A DNA stretch of 32,000 nt from Telmatocola sphagniphila (GTDB lineage Bacteria > Planctomycetota > Planctomycetia > Gemmatales > Gemmataceae): positions 5,910,001 through 5,942,000 of the forward strand of contig NZ_CP074694.1 of assembly GCF_018398935.1 (NCBI RefSeq), in the 5' to 3' direction. The notes under the pieces were generated by a model, which was not told the DNA's origin, searched no databases, and worked only from the letters and a program-made list of their open reading frames with translations. The position numbers were made by a program, and so were the translations under genes. Shown here in pieces: positions 26,252 through 32,000 of this stretch (within the stretch, counting starts at the first letter, position 1; each line of letters starts with the position of its first letter).

Positions 26252-26339
26252 AATTGATTTTTTCATGGATTCGACGGTTCGAGGCTCTGAGTATTTGGCT
26301 TAAAGTAGCACGGACTCGCTTAAGAGGATTTTACCCTAA

Positions 26340-26990
26340 ATGAGCGTTACTCAATTGCTATTGGCCGATAGTCGCACGTTGTTGCGCGAGGCCCTCAAGT
26401 GCGCTATCACTCGAACTTCGACCATCGAAGTTGTCGGGGAAGCCTGTCACTTCAACGACCTTTCCAAGCATAAACGGGCTCCAGATGTGATCAGTTTGAG
26501 TCGGGGATTTCCACCCGAAGGGGGAGTCTCTTCAATTCCGGAAATCAAAAAAATCTGGCCTACCACGAAAATCCTGATTTTGACGGATCCTGACGATCTC
26601 TCCATCTGCCGATCAGCGCATCTGGCCGGTTGCCACGGTATGGTGCTGCTCGATTGCAACCTGGCTGAATTTGCAACCGCAGTTCAGTCCTTGCACCAGG
26701 GAAAAAATTATATTCCCACGCGTCTGCAAGAGATGATGGAACGGCCCATCAAACCTCGCAAAGCCGATCGCACCCCCATGCAGTCGCTGAGCAATCGCGA
26801 ACGCCAAGTTCTCATCTGTCTCTCCCGGGGTATGAGCTACAAACAAATTGCCGAGAAGCTATTCCTCGGCGTTAAGTCGATCGAAACCTATCGGGCCCGA
26901 CTGTTCAGCAAATTGAACTTCGACAGCAAGGCTGATCTGATGCGCTTCGCCATCGACAATGGCTTGATGAATCCCGCGCTGGAAGTCTAA
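26340..26990 (+). CDS. NarL/LuxR-family regulator with degenerate (pseudo-)receiver domain
   Basis: The C-terminal LuxR HTH is LSNRERQVLICLSRGMSYKQIAEKLFLGVKSIETYRARLFSKLN. The N-terminal REC-like fold aligns to NarL, but the acidic pair DD is DS, the phospho-acceptor position (LLDLNMP) reads SLSRGFP, and the conserved Lys (GYLLKD) reads GMVLLD. Confidence 0.85.
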   Translation: MSVTQLLLADSRTLLREALKCAITRTSTIEVVGEACHFNDLSKHKRAPDVISLSRGFPPEGGVSSIPEIKKIWPTTKILILTDPDDLSICRSAHLAGCHGMVLLDCNLAEFATAVQSLHQGKNYIPTRLQEMMERPIKPRKADRTPMQSLSNRERQVLICLSRGMSYKQIAEKLFLGVKSIETYRARLFSKLNFDSKADLMRFAIDNGLMNPALEV

Positions 26991-27021
26991 CTCCAGTCTA
27001 ACTCAACCAGTTCCATTGACA

Positions 27022-27058
27022 GCCAGGACAGCCGCTACGGATCTGTTCTGGCTTTTTT
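27022..27058 (+). terminator. rho-independent terminator after the regulator gene
   Basis: GCCAGGACAG (27022-27031) pairs with CTGTTCTGGC (27043-27052), giving 9 Watson-Crick pairs plus 1 G-U. Extra CCG/CGG pairing in the loop extends the stem. A T6 tract follows directly (27053-27058). Confidence 0.7.
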
Positions 27059-27147
27059 CATTTCTCCTTTGCGACCGTTCCCCAATTCGGTTGCTCTTGT
27101 CGAGTTTCGTCCCTTCGTGCTAGATTCACAGCTTATTCTACTTGGGA

Positions 27148-28515
27148 ATGAGCATGGAAGCTTTTCGCATGAATGCGGCTTTGGGCAAGGAAAGTCTGGC
27201 CTGGTTGACAAATCCCCGCGTTTTTCGCTGGTTGTTACTGGCCATTCTGGTCGCCCTGAGCGTGCAGTACACATTGAAGGTGATGGAACCGAGCCGACTG
27301 GGTACCTACACCAAAGGGGCTTTTAACCGCTGGGTTGATCAGATTCGGCTAGGCGTGGAAGGCGGCGAGGACATCTACGCCAAATTCAACTACCCCAACC
27401 CACCCATCATGGCTCTGATTCTCTGGCCCATCACGGAACTGGAAGCTCAGATTCCCGTGGCCGGCGCGTTGACCTGGTTCTACCTCAAAGTCGCCATGGT
27501 GTTCTGGTGTCTGACCGCCGTGTTTCGCCAGGTTTCTTCGCCGAACTTTCCCATTCCCGCCTGGGCTTGTGCCCTCGCCACGCTTCTCAGCATTCGTCCG
27601 ATTCTGGGAGACCTCTCTCACGGCAACATCAACATCTTCATTCTCTTCCTGGTCGTGGCGGGGCTGGTCGCTTTCAGTCGGGGTAGAGATTTTCTGGCGG
27701 GGCTTTTCATCGCGCTGGCGGTGACTTGCAAAGTCACACCCGCTTTGTTTCTGGTTTACTTTGCCTGGAAGGGAGCTTGGCGAACGCTTCTCGGGGCGAC
27801 CGTCGGATTAATTTTATTTTTCTTAATCATTCCAGGGGCCATTCTCGGCTGGAGCGAGAACATTCGCAATCTCGGTAGCTGGTTCGACGGCATGATCAAG
27901 CCGTATCTCACCGGCGCCTTCGTGACTTCCGAACTGAGCAACCAGTCTTTACCCGGAGTCATCTACCGGCTGCTCACTCACAGTCCCTCCACGGTTATCT
28001 TCCCGGATAATGTTTATACACCGGACAAGTTTTACAACTTCACCGATATCGGAGCCCAGAACGCACAGTATCTGATCAAAGGGATCATGGGCCTTTTTGC
28101 CCTGCTCGTCGTCTGGTTCTGTCGCAGCCCGATTAAGACCAATCGCCAGTCGCATCTGCTCTGGCCGGAGTTCGCACTCATTGCCATCGGCATGCTCGTC
28201 TTCAGCGAACGAACCTGGAAACATCACTGCGTCACTCTGCTGCTACCGAATTCGGTGCTCTGTTATGCACTTGCAAAACCAGAACTGACCCGTCGTCGGA
28301 AAAAGAACATTGCCTATTGCTTGGTGGCATCGCAACTTTTCATGTTCAGTACCTCCACGGGCGTATTCCCCGATTCCTATGGGAAAATGGCCCAGGTCTA
28401 CGGAGCCTACGTCGGCTCCTTCTTCTGTCTGATCGCCGGGCTGGTTGTGGTGCGCTATCCGATCCGCACCGCTGCCGTGCAACAGTCCCCCCAACCTTTA
28501 CCTCGAGCCGCTTGA
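27148..28515 (+). CDS. polytopic membrane glycosyltransferase-like protein (DUF2029/GT87-like, GT-C type)
   Basis: About 455 aa with 10 or more hydrophobic segments. The first loop motif GEDIYAKFNYPNPPIMALILWP resembles the D..Y..YPP region of DUF2029/PimE-type polyprenyl-phosphate-sugar-dependent transferases. The start is ambiguous (TTG 27142, ATG 27148 or 27154). A possible TTGTCG-18-TAGATT promoter lies at 27097-27126. Confidence 0.78.
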   Translation: MSMEAFRMNAALGKESLAWLTNPRVFRWLLLAILVALSVQYTLKVMEPSRLGTYTKGAFNRWVDQIRLGVEGGEDIYAKFNYPNPPIMALILWPITELEAQIPVAGALTWFYLKVAMVFWCLTAVFRQVSSPNFPIPAWACALATLLSIRPILGDLSHGNINIFILFLVVAGLVAFSRGRDFLAGLFIALAVTCKVTPALFLVYFAWKGAWRTLLGATVGLILFFLIIPGAILGWSENIRNLGSWFDGMIKPYLTGAFVTSELSNQSLPGVIYRLLTHSPSTVIFPDNVYTPDKFYNFTDIGAQNAQYLIKGIMGLFALLVVWFCRSPIKTNRQSHLLWPEFALIAIGMLVFSERTWKHHCVTLLLPNSVLCYALAKPELTRRRKKNIAYCLVASQLFMFSTSTGVFPDSYGKMAQVYGAYVGSFFCLIAGLVVVRYPIRTAAVQQSPQPLPRAA

Positions 28516-28524
28516 TAACGCATT

Positions 28525-29967
28525 ATGTATCAACGACTGTCCCTGGTATTCATCGTCGTCGGCCTGGTCCTTCGCTTCTGGCACTTCCTGCGCTGCCCGT
28601 CAGTCTGGCACGATGAAGCGGCCTTGATCGTGAACGTTATCGATCTGGACTATCGCCAACTGCTCGGACCCCTGCTGCATCATGAAGCCGGCCCCCCCCT
28701 GTTTCTTTGGATCGAACACTTCATGGTGGAGATGTTTGGGGATAACATCTGGTCGCTGCGCTTTCCCTCCTTCCTGGTCAGTTGCCTATCGCTGGTTCTC
28801 TTCTGGGATCTTGCCCGAAGAACTTTAAGCGAACGGGCAGTACCTTGGGCCGTGTTTCTATTCGCACTCTCCGATCGGCTGCTCTGGCATGCCACGGAAG
28901 CCAAGCCATACGCCTTCGATGTGTTCGTGGCTGTGCTGCTCGCGCAAGGTTTCCTGCGCACCCGTAACTGGGCTATCACACCGCAGTGCCTGTTCTGGAT
29001 TCCGATACTCCCTATCTGCATCTGGCTCTCCTATCCCGCTTGCTTTCTCAGTGGCGGTATTATCCTGGGTGTGTTCCTCCGCTCTTTCGATCCTTCCCAA
29101 AAAATCCATCTGTTGAAACTGCTTCGACAACCGGGCCTCTGGCTGCTGGTACTCGCCGTCGGCGTCAGCTTTCTGGCACTCGCGCTGGGCCCAGCGAAAG
29201 CACAACGCGATGGAGCTATGGAATCCTGCTGGACCAACCACTTCCCGAATTGGTCCAAGCCGTGGCGCTTTATCGACTGGACGATCTTCTCGACCTTCGA
29301 AGTCATCCGCTACAACGTCGTGACGCTCGGTATCGGACAGGCCTTCGTGGTGTTGCTGGCCGTCGGCGCCTACCACACCTGGAAAACTCGCAGCGAGAAA
29401 ATCTGGCTGGTGGTACTGCTCAGCCCGATGCTGCTGGTCTATCTGGCCTCCTGCCTGCATAAATATCCGTTCGGCGGCTCGCGCGTCGAAGTCTTTCTGG
29501 CCCCCGCACTCATGTGGGTGATCGCCGCGGCCATACCACCCGCTTACGACTGGTTGAAAAATCGCGGTCGCTATCAGCCGCTTGTGCTCGCGGTCTTGCT
29601 TTGTGCGCCCGTGCTCCAAACCGGGTTTCGAGCGGCGGTCGACTGGCCGCGAGCCGATTGCGCCACCGCTTCCGACTATGTTTTGAATCATTGCGAAACT
29701 CATGAAGCCCTTTTGATCAACCACTGGGAGTTCGAATACTACCTGCGTAATGCGTCGAGCAAACCGATCTATCTGGAGAACCTGAAGGACCATCCCGAAC
29801 AGTGCTGGGTGCTGATCGTCGGCGACAAATCGGAAGAGCGGGAACATGATATTTCGACCTGGATCAAAAATGCCTTAGTTTTGGAAAAGAAAGAGTTTTT
29901 CCGAGCGATTGTGCTTCGGGTTCGATTCGAAAGCGGGGCCGTGAGCGCCCCGTTATCGGCCGACTGA
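28525..29967 (+). CDS. polytopic membrane glycosyltransferase-like protein (ArnT/PMT_2, GT39/GT83-like, GT-C type)
   Basis: 480 aa, starting 9 bp after the previous stop. TM1 is followed by ..SVWHDEAALIVNV.. (the acidic D-E pair in the first extracytoplasmic loop, as in PMT/ArnT enzymes), then ..PPLFLWIEHF..FGDNIWSLRFPSFL..EAKPYAFD.. and a soluble C-terminal domain. Confidence 0.78.
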   Translation: MYQRLSLVFIVVGLVLRFWHFLRCPSVWHDEAALIVNVIDLDYRQLLGPLLHHEAGPPLFLWIEHFMVEMFGDNIWSLRFPSFLVSCLSLVLFWDLARRTLSERAVPWAVFLFALSDRLLWHATEAKPYAFDVFVAVLLAQGFLRTRNWAITPQCLFWIPILPICIWLSYPACFLSGGIILGVFLRSFDPSQKIHLLKLLRQPGLWLLVLAVGVSFLALALGPAKAQRDGAMESCWTNHFPNWSKPWRFIDWTIFSTFEVIRYNVVTLGIGQAFVVLLAVGAYHTWKTRSEKIWLVVLLSPMLLVYLASCLHKYPFGGSRVEVFLAPALMWVIAAAIPPAYDWLKNRGRYQPLVLAVLLCAPVLQTGFRAAVDWPRADCATASDYVLNHCETHEALLINHWEFEYYLRNASSKPIYLENLKDHPEQCWVLIVGDKSEEREHDISTWIKNALVLEKKEFFRAIVLRVRFESGAVSAPLSAD

Positions 29968-29986
29968 AACAGCTAGAGGATTCATC

Positions 29987-30373
29987 ATGAGCATGGCCAA
30001 AGAGTTCAAAGATTTCATCAACCGCGGCAACGTGGTCGATCTGGCAGTCGGTATCGTGATGGGGGCGGCGTTCGGAGCCATCGTTAAATCATTCGTCGAC
30101 GATATCATCATGCCTCCGATCGGCTCGATTATTAGTGGGGTCGATTTTAGTTCGTTGAAGATCCAACTCGGCGGACCAGACGGCAAAGCTTCGATCAAGT
30201 ATGGAGCTTTTCTGCAAGCGATTATCAATTTTCTCATCATCGCTTTTTGTGTCTTCCAAGTTGTGAAAGTGATGAACAAGCTGAAGGGGCCGCCGCCGGC
30301 ACCCAAGAAGCCTGAACCGACGCCGACGGAATTGCTTCTGACGGAAATTCGGGATGAACTGAAGAAGAAATAA
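29987..30373 (+). CDS. mscL: large-conductance mechanosensitive channel
   Basis: [46 protein letters not shown].. and the C-terminal ..[14 protein letters not shown] are nearly collinear with E. coli MscL ([46 protein letters not shown]...LLTEIRDLLK). Confidence 0.96.
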   Translation: [128 protein letters not shown]

Positions 30374-30438
30374 ACCCACCGGCCACTGCGGGAATCCCTT
30401 CGGTGCGCCTCCTCTGAAGAGTAAGCTACAATGTCCTC

Positions 30439-31965
30439 ATGCGTTATTTCTCTGCCGCCACTCTGCTTTTCGTTGTCTACTTCCTGCTGATCCTGCTGGC
30501 GCTGCCGTCGCAGCCATTCAACGATCCCGGAGCCTTCTGGCACGTCCGGGTCGGCGAATGGATCTTCGAGCACCTGGCGTTTCCGCATACCGATCCCTTC
30601 ACTTTTTCCTTTGCCGATAAGCCCTGGGTGCCCCAACAATGGGGCGCGGAATGTCTCATGGCTCTGCTCTCCCGCATGGGGGGAGCCGATGCACTTCTCG
30701 TAACCATGGCGGCTCTGATCGCCGGGCTGGGAGCCTGGATCAGCTCGCGCTTCATTGCCAGCGGCTGGCACCCGTTGCCGACCCTGCTGATCGTCGGCTT
30801 CGGTCTCAGCGTTTCTATGTTCCACTTTTACGCCCGGCCCCATCTGATCACCCTCGTTTTGATGGCCTACTTCATGTCGGTCATCGTCGATACCGAACGG
30901 GAACGAAACACCTACCGGCGCTGGTACCTGCTGTTGCCGCTTTCGGTACTTTGGACCAACTTACACGGCGGCGTCGTCGGCGGTCTGGCCACCCTGGTCG
31001 CGGCGCTCGGCGGCTGGTGCGTCTGGTCGATCCTGAAAAAGCCATCGCCGGTGAAGTCGGTTCGCATAGCGGGGATCTTCGCGGCTATCATTGGCGTCGG
31101 TTGTGCTTTGACGCTCGTGAATCCGTTCGGCCTGCAGATGCATCGCATCTGGTTTAGCCTGATCGATAGCAAAGTGCTCAAGGAAGTGATTACCGAGCAT
31201 CAGCCCTTGAGCCTGCAGCGCTCGGAAGGGCAGGCGATTTTTGCCTTTGGCATCTTCTATCTGCTGATGCTTCTGGGTACGCTGCCGCGCTGGCCGCGAG
31301 TCTCCTGGTTGATTCCCATACTTTGGTTTGTGGGAGCTCTGACCTCGATTCGGCACGGCCCGATCTTTAGTGTGGTGGCCCTGGTCGGTCTGGCCGACCT
31401 GCTACCGGAAACGATCTGGTATCGCTATTTGAAGAAGCATGGCGATTCGTTGATACGAGAACCCTACGCGAATCTCTGGTCGATTCGCAGCCTGTTGATT
31501 CCCGGTCTTTTTGTCGGACTTTGCTTCGGCCTGGAGTCGGCCCGGGTGAAGGTGCCGCTCATCGGCGCGGGCTGGGCCTATTACAACCCGAAGAATATGC
31601 CGCTGGAACTGATCGAACCCTTGCAGCAGTACGCCGCGTCGCGGCCGGTGGGAACGCCGATTTTCAACGATGCCAATTTGGGGGGCTTCGTGCTCGGCTT
31701 TGCTCCTTCGTTAAAAATTTTCATGGATGACCGCTGCGAACTTTACGGCGATGCCTGGCTGCGAAAATATTTCCAGGTGCTGAATGAGACGCCGGAGGTC
31801 TTCGATGAATGGTCGCATAAGTGGAACTTTGAACGAGTGCTGATCGCTTTGCCGGAGAAGCCGGAGGAGACGACGCGTTTGGCTGAGTACCTGGCGCATC
31901 ATGCGGAGTGGCGGGAGATTTTCCGGTGTCCGCTGGCCGTGATGTACGAGCGGAAAACACCTTAA
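30439..31965 (+). CDS. uncharacterised polytopic membrane protein with soluble C-terminal domain (possible third GT-C-like enzyme)
   Basis: 508 aa with about 10 or more hydrophobic segments. The first loop is acidic/aromatic, FNDPGAFWHVRVGEWIFEH..PHTDPFTFS..PWVPQQWGAE. The C-terminal ~150 aa is non-membrane (..FNDANLGGFV..FMDDRCELYGD..). The family assignment is inference only. Confidence 0.75.
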   Translation: MRYFSAATLLFVVYFLLILLALPSQPFNDPGAFWHVRVGEWIFEHLAFPHTDPFTFSFADKPWVPQQWGAECLMALLSRMGGADALLVTMAALIAGLGAWISSRFIASGWHPLPTLLIVGFGLSVSMFHFYARPHLITLVLMAYFMSVIVDTERERNTYRRWYLLLPLSVLWTNLHGGVVGGLATLVAALGGWCVWSILKKPSPVKSVRIAGIFAAIIGVGCALTLVNPFGLQMHRIWFSLIDSKVLKEVITEHQPLSLQRSEGQAIFAFGIFYLLMLLGTLPRWPRVSWLIPILWFVGALTSIRHGPIFSVVALVGLADLLPETIWYRYLKKHGDSLIREPYANLWSIRSLLIPGLFVGLCFGLESARVKVPLIGAGWAYYNPKNMPLELIEPLQQYAASRPVGTPIFNDANLGGFVLGFAPSLKIFMDDRCELYGDAWLRKYFQVLNETPEVFDEWSHKWNFERVLIALPEKPEETTRLAEYLAHHAEWREIFRCPLAVMYERKTP

Positions 31966-32000
31966 GAACAGCTTTCATTTTTTCCGGGTTATCCTGTAAA

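Noticed and set aside
1-32000. Looked for signs of a mobile or defence island: integrase, transposase, toxin-antitoxin pairs, restriction-modification genes, CRISPR-Cas, flanking tRNA or direct repeats.
   Set aside because: None were seen. Apart from the 25.9-26.3 kb intergenic region and the Asn-rich repeats, composition looks uniform. Housekeeping genes (trxB, rpmB, gatCA, polA, mscL) are interspersed throughout, which argues for core chromosome rather than an accessory island.

Overview
This window looks like ordinary core chromosome from a bacterium of moderate GC content. It is probably a member of Planctomycetota. That is an inference from gene content only: a DUF11-repeat envelope protein, a ThuA-like protein, a thioredoxin/NHL fusion, 'TKASE'-type PDZ protease-like proteins and many signal-peptide orphans.

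I can support about 24 protein genes. By eye I found no rRNA, tRNA, CRISPR array, transposase or integrase.

The housekeeping anchors are trxB, an L-lactate permease, rpmB-gatC-gatA (gatB is not adjacent), polA and mscL.

Four things deserve a second look:
1. At 26.3-32.0 kb, an orphan LuxR-type regulator has a receiver domain that lacks both the phospho-acceptor Asp and the conserved Lys. It sits behind a 480-bp AT-rich region carrying a sigma-54-like -24/-12 element. A tightly packed block of three different GT-C-like polytopic membrane proteins follows, with mscL embedded in it.
2. Two adjacent HtrA-like genes are present. The second has its PDZ domain inserted inside the protease fold and has His->Ser and Ser->Cys substitutions at the catalytic positions.
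3. A 680-aa protein has a roughly 200-residue stretch that is about one-third asparagine. The stretch is encoded by imperfect 54-bp and 21-bp tandem repeats. An aromatic-rich segment, TPR-like helices and a small beta domain follow it.
4. trxB is transcribed divergently from an exported thioredoxin-NHL (NHLRC2-like) gene, with a palindrome between them.

All family assignments come from motif recognition by eye. No searches were run.
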